Part shown: positions 7,200 to 16,360 of the stretch, one piece after another | How positions within the stretch are numbered: position 1 is the stretch's first letter | How the letters are laid out: every line of letters begins with the position of its first letter | IMG/VR virus record: IMGVR_UViG_3300010429_001387 | Location: 1 to 64,000 of that record | Source of the DNA: a virus | Lineage: Duplodnaviria; Heunggongvirae; Uroviricota; Caudoviricetes | Reading direction: 5' to 3' (one strand) | DNA length: 64,000 bases | Position numbers and translations under genes: made by a program | The notes under the pieces: generated by a model | Database searches by the model: none | Told to the model about the DNA's origin: nothing | Seen by the model: the letters and a program-made list of their open reading frames with translations, nothing else

Positions 7200-10100
7200 T
7201 TAGGTTCCTTTTTGCCAAACAGTTATAGGTTCCATTCGACCAGCATAACAATTTTTCTTTGGATATTTACCTTCATATTCCGAACTAACATTTAAACTGA
7301 TCTTTTTTATCCAAGGTTGAATATGAGATAAAATTTCGTCTTTATGTTGTTCCCATGCAATTTTAGCAGCTTCTGATCGTTTTCCAATTGGAGCTTTAAT
7401 TTTCCACATACCTAAATGACTAACATGTCCAATTTCTTTCGGCCACATTTCTTTAGGAAAATATTCCTTTGATACATACACAACATATGTTGCTAATTTC
7501 TCTTCTTGAAGAGATTCATGGAATTGTGCTGCTAAACTTGGAGCATGAACTTCTTCTCCTCTGAGATACGCTGACAAATCAGATGATGATCGAAGAGGTA
7601 TAGAATCCCCTGTTCTATCAATCCACAAACTTGTTGAATCATGTAATTTTGCTATTTCCTGCAATGCTATGATCTGTTGTTGAGTTGGTTTTTGATTAAA
7701 ATCTAAATGCAATTCACCTTTATCAATATCTGAACTTACGCGGATCATCCCTGTATTTTTAGCTACACCATACCCATATGTATGAGGTAATAATATGTCG
7801 AAATGAGCACATTTAACCCATAGTATGGTACCATCATTAAGAATCCACAATTTTACAACGTGTTCACCAGGAAAAGTCGATTTTGTCATCAATTGTTTTT
7901 GAGTTGCCGGAGGAAACTTAGCTTTAAACCCTTGCTGCAGTTCTGGTAATTCGTCAGATTCCTGGATGGATTCATTTGCAGCCTTTTGACATTCCTTTTG
8001 ATATTTTTGACGAACCAATACAGTCCATGTCCAAGGCACAGGTTCAATTAATTCATAAGCTGTTTGGTAATCTGTATCAGACCATTTGTATCCTTTAGCA
8101 AGTTTTTTTACTTCAGGAAAAATCATTTCTATTTCTATTCGTTTTGGTTTAAATCCCTCTTCTTTTAAAATGTTTTTAAGTTGAATCATTTGCTTTGTAG
8201 TTGGTTCTTCATATAGATTTAAAACCAAATCAGTTTCACCATATGTTCGAAATTGTAATGCGGTTTTTTCAAAGTATTTACGATGAACTTCACCTGTACT
8301 TAATATTTCTGATCTACCATCTGAAAACACAACCCCTGCAGTTTCAAGTAATTGTTTTTTTGATTCATGGAATTGTGCTGCTAAACTTCGCACATTTCGA
8401 CCCATTGCTAAAATACTTCTTAATTCTTCTGGCCAATTATCATCTATTGGTTCAATAGATCCTTCCATATATGGGGGATTCAATCTTTGAACAATCATAC
8501 ATTGAATTGGTTCATGCCAACCATTTATTAATTTATTAACAGCAATAACTTGCTCTTTTGTTAAAATACCTCGAGTCCGAACAACAATAGTAGCTTTATT
8601 ATCGTATACCCAAGCTGGGTATATGCGATATTCTAAAGCTTGTAGTTCCAGAAAACTAGCATCATCATCTACATAGTCAGCATGTTCTTTTCTTGGGTCA
8701 TTTTCAAAAATACGACCATCAGGAAATACAAAACCTGACTTACCAAGATCTCGACCTTTGGCCGTTTCCTCAGTAATGGATTCAACTTTCTTCTTACCAA
8801 GAGCAATTCCTGCCGCTTTGAATCTCGCAGCTGTTTCTTTAGCTTTCCGTTCTGCCTTTTCAATTACGTCATTATAGAACTTCTTGATCCAATTTGCCAT
8901 TGTACCTTTATAGAATGGCAAAACTTTCATTAGATTCTGAAGATGCTTGCAGTATGCTCCATACTTTTTCGGATTTCGAATATCAGGTGATCGATTTTCA
9001 GGCTCACCATACTTAGCTCTATACTTGTCTTGGGAAAGGATATAGTCTCCTCCCCAATAAAGTTGTGCTGGACAGGAGCATGATAATTCAATATCACCAT
9101 TACTAAACATCTTAGCAGCTAATTTCTTAAGATCCACTTTATTGAGTTTCTTATTCCAATTTCTCCGATCCGCAACAAGACGTTCCAAATCTGGACCAAC
9201 ATTCTTCCATTTAACAACTGCATCATACCAAAGATCATCTTCAGTTGCTGAATGAATTCGAAACTCCCATTTATCCTTTTCCATATTATGCAACCGTATT
9301 CCCCCCTTGGCTGCAACTCCTGGAACTTTCTTAGGATTAGAATAGAAATCTGGGAATAGTCGAGTTATGGATTGTTGTTTCTTTTTAAGCTGAGAAAGAT
9401 TAGCTTCTTGTATTTCAGATTCATATGCTGGTTGGTTCAGAAATTCTGGTCCATCTTCAAGAGCCATTTTAAGCCGATTTGTATCAGTTACATCCACTGT
9501 TGCATAACCACCCTGGACCAAACTCAAATCTATAGATACACTATATAGTTTGTATTTATTAATCAATGTCATCACTGATTTTATCTGCTTAGGATTCAAA
9601 GTCCCACCAGTGTCAAGGGATATAGATTCATTTGGCACGATTCGTCCACGGATACCACCTGATCTTAAAAACAATCGTTGCAATTCATATGCCTCATCCT
9701 CTTGAGAAGTAAAACGCACAGCCTTTAACTTTTTCCAATCCTTGCCCGCAATCGTCGCAGCATGCCAAGCTGGCACAACAACTACGGATCCATCATTAAG
9801 TATCAGAAACTTAAGAAATTGATCTTCACCAGCACCCGTCCAAAGACTATTGGGTATGTCAAAAGATATTTGTTCACGTCCCTTAATCTCAGCCTGTAGA
9901 GGAGTCAAGGCCATTGGATTAGTACGGATCTTTGTGGCAACAGCTTCATCAACAGATTCATGAAACTGTGCTGCTAAGGATTTTTGTTTTACTTTTCCAG
10001 TTAAAATAGCAGGCAACTCTTTAGAAGATTTAATATTAAATGTTGTGCCAATATGTTCTAATACTACGGTTTTTGTATTATGCAAATCACATAATTTTTG

Positions 10101-10463
10101 CAACCATTTAATCTGTTCAATTGTAGGTTGTTTTTCAAAATCAATATACATCGTTTTATTTTCGGTTGAAGCTATTCGAATTGCACCAGAGACAATCAGT
10201 TCGTCAATATCAGAACCAGCGTCATATGCTGTTGAATAATGGATATCATCTACAAATATTGGTGTTCCATCATTTAACAGCCAAAATTTTACTAAATAGC
10301 TTTCAGTAGTAGCATGAGTAAAAAGCTCTGATTTCTTTGCAGGTCCAAAATGCTTTACTAAATTCTGTTGAACTTTAGGCAAAGCAGTTTCATTAACAAG
10401 AGAAACTTTCTTCTTGTCTTCTTTGAACAAATCTTTCGCATCATGAAAAATGCTATCAAACAT
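7200..10463 (-). CDS. Large protein (1087 aa) with a triplicated internal domain
   Basis: Three copies each of 'SLAAQFHES' and 'W(L/I)LNDG(T/S)' spaced about 280 aa apart. The matching DNA repeat 'ttcatggaattgtgctgctaaac' occurs near 7520, 8355 and 9960. Confidence 0.6.
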   Translation of the reverse strand: MFDSIFHDAKDLFKEDKKKVSLVNETALPKVQQNLVKHFGPAKKSELFTHATTESYLVKFWLLNDGTPIFVDDIHYSTAYDAGSDIDELIVSGAIRIASTENKTMYIDFEKQPTIEQIKWLQKLCDLHNTKTVVLEHIGTTFNIKSSKELPAILTGKVKQKSLAAQFHESVDEAVATKIRTNPMALTPLQAEIKGREQISFDIPNSLWTGAGEDQFLKFLILNDGSVVVVPAWHAATIAGKDWKKLKAVRFTSQEDEAYELQRLFLRSGGIRGRIVPNESISLDTGGTLNPKQIKSVMTLINKYKLYSVSIDLSLVQGGYATVDVTDTNRLKMALEDGPEFLNQPAYESEIQEANLSQLKKKQQSITRLFPDFYSNPKKVPGVAAKGGIRLHNMEKDKWEFRIHSATEDDLWYDAVVKWKNVGPDLERLVADRRNWNKKLNKVDLKKLAAKMFSNGDIELSCSCPAQLYWGGDYILSQDKYRAKYGEPENRSPDIRNPKKYGAYCKHLQNLMKVLPFYKGTMANWIKKFYNDVIEKAERKAKETAARFKAAGIALGKKKVESITEETAKGRDLGKSGFVFPDGRIFENDPRKEHADYVDDDASFLELQALEYRIYPAWVYDNKATIVVRTRGILTKEQVIAVNKLINGWHEPIQCMIVQRLNPPYMEGSIEPIDDNWPEELRSILAMGRNVRSLAAQFHESKKQLLETAGVVFSDGRSEILSTGEVHRKYFEKTALQFRTYGETDLVLNLYEEPTTKQMIQLKNILKEEGFKPKRIEIEMIFPEVKKLAKGYKWSDTDYQTAYELIEPVPWTWTVLVRQKYQKECQKAANESIQESDELPELQQGFKAKFPPATQKQLMTKSTFPGEHVVKLWILNDGTILWVKCAHFDILLPHTYGYGVAKNTGMIRVSSDIDKGELHLDFNQKPTQQQIIALQEIAKLHDSTSLWIDRTGDSIPLRSSSDLSAYLRGEEVHAPSLAAQFHESLQEEKLATYVVYVSKEYFPKEMWPKEIGHVSHLGMWKIKAPIGKRSEAAKIAWEQHKDEILSHIQPWIKKISLNVSSEYEGKYPKKNCYAGRMEPITVWQKGT

Positions 10464-10477
10464 TAACCATTAACTCC

Positions 10478-11065
10478 TCATTCTTGAATTGGTAAAATCG
10501 CATTATGGTTTCCCAATACACGATAATTAATTACTTTACCTGTGTCTGTCAAATAGACTTTTTCTATTGCAATTCCCCAACCTTTTGAATCTTCCTTTAA
10601 ACCCTGCAAGATTTCCGATTTCAACTCTTTGCGAGCACTAGTTACAAGCTCCTGCAATGTCTTCTCAGCTATGAAGTCATGTATCACACCCAATGCTAAG
10701 GTCTGTATATTTTTGTCGTGATCAAAGTTCTTAAACAATGCTTTCTTAGCAGATGTAAGATGATAACGCAATGCTCCAGAAATTATGACTTCTTGCCCAT
10801 CTCTTGTCCAAGCAGATTGTGCTGGAAGATCTACAATTTGAGTTTTAACTTTTACCTTCTCAGCATTTTGGACTAAAAACCAAATTATGTGCCAACCAGG
10901 CATTAATTCTTTTACCCAGACACCCCCATCTATATTGTCACGATTCCAAGGCCAACCATTCCATAATTTAGGTGTAACACGAACCCCCAACTCATCAGGA
11001 TTGATTATCCATAAACGAGGAATCACAGACAATATTTTATCCAGAAGTTGATACAGCCAATCCAT
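10478..11065 (-). CDS. SPFH/band-7 domain protein
   Basis: 'DGQEVIISGALRYHLTS...WGIAIEKVYLTD' resembles the SPFH core, including the 'GI.V..V.I.D' element. Confidence 0.45.
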   Translation of the reverse strand: MDWLYQLLDKILSVIPRLWIINPDELGVRVTPKLWNGWPWNRDNIDGGVWVKELMPGWHIIWFLVQNAEKVKVKTQIVDLPAQSAWTRDGQEVIISGALRYHLTSAKKALFKNFDHDKNIQTLALGVIHDFIAEKTLQELVTSARKELKSEILQGLKEDSKGWGIAIEKVYLTDTGKVINYRVLGNHNAILPIQE

Positions 11066-11088
11066 TGGTTCTCTTTCTCAATTATGAC

Positions 11089-11820
11089 TTATTGACGTCT
11101 GTGGAAGCAAACCCAGCGGCCTTCTTTTGCTAATTTCTCTTGCAATTCTTTAACCTCTTGTTTTCCCTCTGACATTAAAGCTTGTCCGTCAAGATTTAAT
11201 CCGGCAGCAACAGTCTTCCGTAACGTATTACCTTCAATTTGTTTTACCAATGCTTTTGTATAATACAATATCCAATCATTAATATGTTGGCTGTCAATAT
11301 CATCGGTTGGAATAATCCTCTTTGTTCCTAACACATACAATGCTGTCGTACCTGTTGGAACATTTCGACAATATAGATAACCACCTTCAGTTGGATCATC
11401 ATGATTTTCTTCAAAATACCAACGGAAATTAGCTCCTACATAAATATTAAATGTCTTAAAGGCTTCAGTTGCCATAATTAGATCGGTACGAATATTATCC
11501 AATACAGCAATGCCTGCAAGAGACCAAGTTGGATATTCGTTCCAAATCCAGTTAGAATTCTTGTTAGGATATATTTGTACAACAGACTTGAATTGTTCCG
11601 ACAATTGAACTCTCGTTTGTCCGGGTGCATATGTAACCATTTGTGAGATTTTGTATGCGGAATGTGTATTCCAATATCGAACAGCATTATCTATCTGTTG
11701 TTCAATTGTAGCATCAGGAGTAGCAAGGGTAAGAGGTTCAAACTCCGCTTTTATCCAAGCAACATATTTAGATTTATCGTCTAATATTGACAAAGCAGCC
11801 ATTAAGATTTCCTCTTGCAA
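11089..11820 (-). CDS. Hypothetical protein (243 aa)
   Basis: Long ORF on the coding strand. Confidence 0.5.
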   Translation of the reverse strand: MQEEILMAALSILDDKSKYVAWIKAEFEPLTLATPDATIEQQIDNAVRYWNTHSAYKISQMVTYAPGQTRVQLSEQFKSVVQIYPNKNSNWIWNEYPTWSLAGIAVLDNIRTDLIMATEAFKTFNIYVGANFRWYFEENHDDPTEGGYLYCRNVPTGTTALYVLGTKRIIPTDDIDSQHINDWILYYTKALVKQIEGNTLRKTVAAGLNLDGQALMSEGKQEVKELQEKLAKEGRWVCFHRRQ

Positions 11821-12407
11821 TTTGTATATTGATGGAAATTACCTGGAGCAGGAACAGAAGGAACTTCATCTGTTGGTTCATTATCTTCTTCTGCTTCTGC
11901 CATTGCTGGTTCCAAAGAAACAGCATTATATGTTTTTAACCATTCTTCCATAAGTTCTTTAGCTCGAATATGGTGGTAATAAGAAGGATCCTCTTCATAG
12001 TAAGGTAGAGCAACTTTTTGCATCTCATGTATGGCTTCCCCATTTATGTTTTGCACATCTAATTGCCCAACTTTTTTGAATATAGCTGGTTGTAATATCC
12101 AATGCTCTTCTGTTACTTCTGCATCAAATACACCTGTTGCTGGAACTGCAGGAGCATGAGTTGTATAAACATATATTGTGTTGGGAAAAGAAAAGCCAAC
12201 TACACCCGCAACTAAACATCCTGCTAATGATGGTGAAACACATATACGTGGAGTATCTGGTTCCCCTTGACAAGACGATGTTGGTTCTCTGGGAAGAAAT
12301 TTAACTTCAGGACCAAAGTCTGTGGTCGATATATGATACCAAGTTCGTTCTTCTTGTTCCCGCAAATTCAATAGGGATTCACATAATTGATGATACTTTG
12401 ATATCAT
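11802..12407 (-). CDS. Hypothetical protein (201 aa)
   Basis: Long ORF. It overlaps the upstream gene. Confidence 0.5.
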   Translation of the reverse strand: MISKYHQLCESLLNLREQEERTWYHISTTDFGPEVKFLPREPTSSCQGEPDTPRICVSPSLAGCLVAGVVGFSFPNTIYVYTTHAPAVPATGVFDAEVTEEHWILQPAIFKKVGQLDVQNINGEAIHEMQKVALPYYEEDPSYYHHIRAKELMEEWLKTYNAVSLEPAMAEAEEDNEPTDEVPSVPAPGNFHQYTNCKRKS

Positions 12408-12412
12408 TTTAG

Positions 12413-12808
12413 TTAATCCTTTGTAAATCCAGACAACGGTATTTCATTACCATTCTCATCAAATAGAATATGTTCGTTGGGATTGTCTTTCCAAGCTGAA
12501 ATACACATTGTTCCATTAGCTGTTGGAGGAGGATACAATATGGGAATTATTTTCTGTTCAGGAATATCATCATCTACTAAATCAATGACACCTATTTTGA
12601 TGAGATCTTCTAAAACTTGCTCACATTTGAATATAGCAACAAACACCTGATCTTTAAACAGATAGTGTTCTTCGATTCCAGTGTTTAATGTTTGATCAAT
12701 TAATGATCGAACTTTAGCTTCTACCATCATTTTAATTTTCCAAGATAAAAAAGAAGGGGTGGAGTTTGGCACATCCGTGTTAACTGGAATCCATTCCCTC
12801 CACCCCAT
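12413..12808 (-). CDS. Hypothetical protein (131 aa), possibly a head accessory
   Basis: ORF immediately downstream of the candidate capsid gene. Confidence 0.45.
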   Translation of the reverse strand: MGWREWIPVNTDVPNSTPSFLSWKIKMMVEAKVRSLIDQTLNTGIEEHYLFKDQVFVAIFKCEQVLEDLIKIGVIDLVDDDIPEQKIIPILYPPPTANGTMCISAWKDNPNEHILFDENGNEIPLSGFTKD

Positions 12809-12834
12809 TGGGGCTAAGTTACTTAGTTGTCAGA

Positions 12835-14340
12835 TTACGATCCTAACACATACCCACTTGCCAGGTTTTGAATCGCACCAGCACAGAACAGCCCAGCGTT
12901 GATCGTCTTGAAGGCTGCAGACGACATGAAGCCTTTCTGAGAGATCAAATCACTGGTAGTCAGTGTTGGCGTTGCGAACAGCGGAATATATGGACAGTAA
13001 ATGAAACCTGCATGCATATAGTCCGGTCCACGGAAACCTAACGTGTAGTTATTGGTCGATTTGAACGGATTCTGGATAACAGTTACCTGATTGTCCAGGA
13101 CACCAATCTTAATCGGACCAGTCGGAATTTGGACCGTAGGAGCAGGAGCAAAATGATCCTTGCCCAGCTGCTTGATAACTCGAGCAACATTGTTTCCACA
13201 AACCATGAAAGTCGCGATACCTCTCTTGGTCTTATCGAAGATGTTGTTCGAGCCTTCTTGGATACGATCCAGGAATTCCAGTTTCTTGAACACCCAAGCT
13301 TCACCCTGCGAAGGACGAGCATCCCAAGTCGTTGGAGCAGTTGCAGCATCACTTGATGCCGCAGCAGTATCAATATAGTCCAATCCACGTTGATCAATTG
13401 TGAACTTGATTTCCCCACCCAAATACTTCACAAGTTCACTCTCGAGATCAATACCGTGAGCCTTCTTAAGATCGATCTCTGCACCCAGCGACCATTTCGC
13501 TCTCAGAGGGAAATCCTGGGCAGTAACAGCCGACTGTGAAACCTCGATGTTCGCCTCGGGCACACCATCCAGATTGCCGTATGCATCAGCCGGAAGATCA
13601 TACTGATAGTCATAACTAATCAGGATTGTTGATCCAGAGGTTGATCCGGAAACTGTAAAGGCGTACACACCGGCCGCAGTAATGCTCCCTGTACCAGTAA
13701 TGTAATCACCAGTGATGTTACCATCCTCATCTGACGTACCCAGTTCAGTGTAAGTTGAGCTAACCTTCTGCTCAATCACAACATTTTCCAGGTTAATCAG
13801 GCCAGGAGCAAACGAGCAAGTTCCAGACTTCGAACCATCGCCAGCACCAGACACCGTTTCACGCTCAACGTGAGCAATCGCATACCGACGCTCAGATTGA
13901 CTTTCCGGATGTCCTGTCGTTGAAGACAACATGGTTCCACCTGAACTAACTTCACCCTTGCTGGTACCATACTTAACATCCAGATAGAACACAGCCGCAA
14001 TTCTACGATCAATTGCCTGAACGATAGAAACTTCATTCAGCACAAGTGTCGGCAGCAATGCAGCAATGACCGGCAGCTGAATACCCAAGAAGCTGATATT
14101 GTCTTCAGTTGTAGTCTCGAACAGACGACTGTTCTGCTTCACGCCACATTCGAGGATGGCATTGTACAGACACTGAGCAACGTTTCGCTTCTCGTGCAGG
14201 GTAATAGGACGATTGTGCTCTTCGAGCATGTACTTCTCAACAGATGCCAGAAGGGGTTTAATCTTGGGATGTTCCATGAGGGAATCCCGAGCAGCATCCA
14301 TCTTCCGCATTTCATTTTGAATCATTTCTTGCAGCTTCAT
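12835..14340 (-). CDS. Major capsid protein (candidate)
   Basis: 501-aa ORF directly downstream of the protease/scaffold gene, so size and order fit a T4/SPO1-like head module. No defining motif was found, so this is a positional call. Confidence 0.45.
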   Translation of the reverse strand: MKLQEMIQNEMRKMDAARDSLMEHPKIKPLLASVEKYMLEEHNRPITLHEKRNVAQCLYNAILECGVKQNSRLFETTTEDNISFLGIQLPVIAALLPTLVLNEVSIVQAIDRRIAAVFYLDVKYGTSKGEVSSGGTMLSSTTGHPESQSERRYAIAHVERETVSGAGDGSKSGTCSFAPGLINLENVVIEQKVSSTYTELGTSDEDGNITGDYITGTGSITAAGVYAFTVSGSTSGSTILISYDYQYDLPADAYGNLDGVPEANIEVSQSAVTAQDFPLRAKWSLGAEIDLKKAHGIDLESELVKYLGGEIKFTIDQRGLDYIDTAAASSDAATAPTTWDARPSQGEAWVFKKLEFLDRIQEGSNNIFDKTKRGIATFMVCGNNVARVIKQLGKDHFAPAPTVQIPTGPIKIGVLDNQVTVIQNPFKSTNNYTLGFRGPDYMHAGFIYCPYIPLFATPTLTTSDLISQKGFMSSAAFKTINAGLFCAGAIQNLASGYVLGS

Positions 14341-14356
14341 CTTTATAATCTCCTTA

Positions 14357-16249
14357 TTATGTCCAAGACTTTAGAAATCCTTTTACTAATTTGTCAGACG
14401 CAGATTGTTCTGCATCGACTATCACGGTTTCTTGGATTTTGACCTCCTTGATCTTCTCCGGATGAAGTGCACCCCGACGAGCAACACCAATAATCTTCTC
14501 CAAGAGACTATCTACATCATGAAGTGTTTCACAATCTTCGAGAAGTGCTCGAGTATTGGTATCAACCTTCAATCGCAGATGAGCCAAACGAGAATCGAAG
14601 TACTCAGCAAGTACCTCGTTACGTCCTGTTAATTTAGCATTGTTTGCAGTTTCAACTAATTCAGCTTGATGTGATTTATGGTATTCATCAAGCTTTGATT
14701 CAGCAATTGTTTTAGCTTCTTGCAACTGTTTAGTTGTCGAAGCCGCATCAGCTGCTTTTGTTTCTAGCATTGTTCGAAGACCATTAACTTCGGCTTCAGC
14801 AGTTTCTTGAATCTTCTTAATCCTATCTTGCAACATTCGAACTTGTAATTCAGAATGTTCAGATTCCTCTAATTCCTCGATTAACTTTTCACATTCTGCA
14901 CGAGCAGTTGCTTCTGCTATTTTAAGATTAGTTAATTGTGATTTGATATCAGAGGATTCATTTTCTTTAGTCTTTACTTCACCACGATGTGACTTACCTG
15001 ACTTATCATAGCAATAGCGAACATATTCATCTTTCTTTAATCCATGTTCCTTGTCACCTGATACTGTTCGAACTCGACCACCTTGGTCAACACATTTGTT
15101 GAATTCTTCATCTTCTTGAACTTCTTCGGACTCGGCAACTGAGGACTTTAATTTTTTCAAAGCATCCAATGCTTCATTTTCTGTATCAAACCAACCAGCT
15201 ACAATTTTATCGCGATTCAAATTTATAACAGCAAATTTCTGTGCTTTTTGCTGTGAAACAATGTCATATTGATCTGATGGGTAACCGGAATAATCTTCTT
15301 CCTCTTTTAGCTTTGATTCAGATTCTTCAACTGACTCCATGGGAAGTTCTTTTTCTTCCTCTTCCTCTGGAGTTTCCAATCCCATTTCGCCAGGAGCTAA
15401 TTCTGGTTCTTCGAGAGGCATTTCTTCTTCAGGAGCAACCATATCACCAGCAAGAACCCCACCTTCTTCTCCCGGAGGAACTTCCGGAGTTGGACTAACA
15501 CTTACATTAATCCCGGCACTATTCTGGATTGTAGTATTTCCAGCTAAGTCACCCGAAACTTGAATATTAGTTTGCTGACCTTTATCTTCAATATTAACAG
15601 AAATATTAGATTCATCAACCTTTAAGGATTCCAGCAGCTTAACTGCAAATGCTCTGTCTCCAGCCTTCATATGTTTGTTTTCTAACTCTCTCTGAAGAGT
15701 TTGTGCAACATTCATGCGAACATCAAGAGGTTCCACACCATATGTCGAAGGATCTGCTGTAAAATCAGTTGTTTTATATTGATATGATTCTGGAACAACT
15801 CGTTGGACCTTAACACCTTCACCTAACTCAACCTCTTCCAGATCACCTTCTGCTCTTGTAGACATTCCAACTTTGGATCCTGCTCTTAATAGACAATCAA
15901 CAATTCGACCAGTTGGAGTATCAACTATATCTACAGTTTGATAAACTTTGTTGGATGCTTCATCTATCCACATCTTATGAATAATGTGGGATGTTTCTCG
16001 GAGATCTGATTGGGTCTCCATCGGATGTTCAGCATGCCCAAATAGACAGCGATCCGCAAGCTTCTGTTGGAGTTCAGAATCTGAAAGAACTTTTTCCCAA
16101 ACTTCCTTATCATACACTCGACCATTTGCATTCTTTTCACCTAAATTACAAATGCAATAGGTTGCCCGAGACAATACACTTTCAGGAAGGTTATTTCGAT
16201 CAGATTCGACTAATTGAACATTAGCTTTTAAGCTTTCTATTAGCTTCAT
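14357..16249 (-). CDS. Prohead protease/scaffolding fusion protein (candidate)
   Basis: A globular N-terminal domain is followed by an acidic, coiled-coil-rich C-terminal half ('EEEEKELPMESVEESESKLKEEED', long heptad regions). It sits immediately upstream of the capsid candidate. Confidence 0.4.
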   Translation of the reverse strand: MKLIESLKANVQLVESDRNNLPESVLSRATYCICNLGEKNANGRVYDKEVWEKVLSDSELQQKLADRCLFGHAEHPMETQSDLRETSHIIHKMWIDEASNKVYQTVDIVDTPTGRIVDCLLRAGSKVGMSTRAEGDLEEVELGEGVKVQRVVPESYQYKTTDFTADPSTYGVEPLDVRMNVAQTLQRELENKHMKAGDRAFAVKLLESLKVDESNISVNIEDKGQQTNIQVSGDLAGNTTIQNSAGINVSVSPTPEVPPGEEGGVLAGDMVAPEEEMPLEEPELAPGEMGLETPEEEEEKELPMESVEESESKLKEEEDYSGYPSDQYDIVSQQKAQKFAVINLNRDKIVAGWFDTENEALDALKKLKSSVAESEEVQEDEEFNKCVDQGGRVRTVSGDKEHGLKKDEYVRYCYDKSGKSHRGEVKTKENESSDIKSQLTNLKIAEATARAECEKLIEELEESEHSELQVRMLQDRIKKIQETAEAEVNGLRTMLETKAADAASTTKQLQEAKTIAESKLDEYHKSHQAELVETANNAKLTGRNEVLAEYFDSRLAHLRLKVDTNTRALLEDCETLHDVDSLLEKIIGVARRGALHPEKIKEVKIQETVIVDAEQSASDKLVKGFLKSWT

Positions 16250-16360
16250 GCTATAGCATCCTCTATCCTTAGTTAATAAAATATGGAGCCATTGATTTAT
16301 CCAATCCGTGATAGGCTCAGGCTCCCCAAGCCGACAATTATCTTTCCTAACTTAAATAAA

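Noticed and set aside
12795-12815. Palindrome CCCCATTGGGG near the capsid gene, considered as a possible terminator
   Set aside because: It lies within the N-terminal coding sequence of 12413..12808, and the stem is only 4 bp with no U-tract.
16250-16360. Intergenic hairpin GGCTTGGGGAGCC between the giant gene and the protease gene
   Set aside because: The stem is short and imperfect and lacks a U-tract on the transcribed strand. It is not convincing as a terminator. It might instead be a promoter or RBS region.
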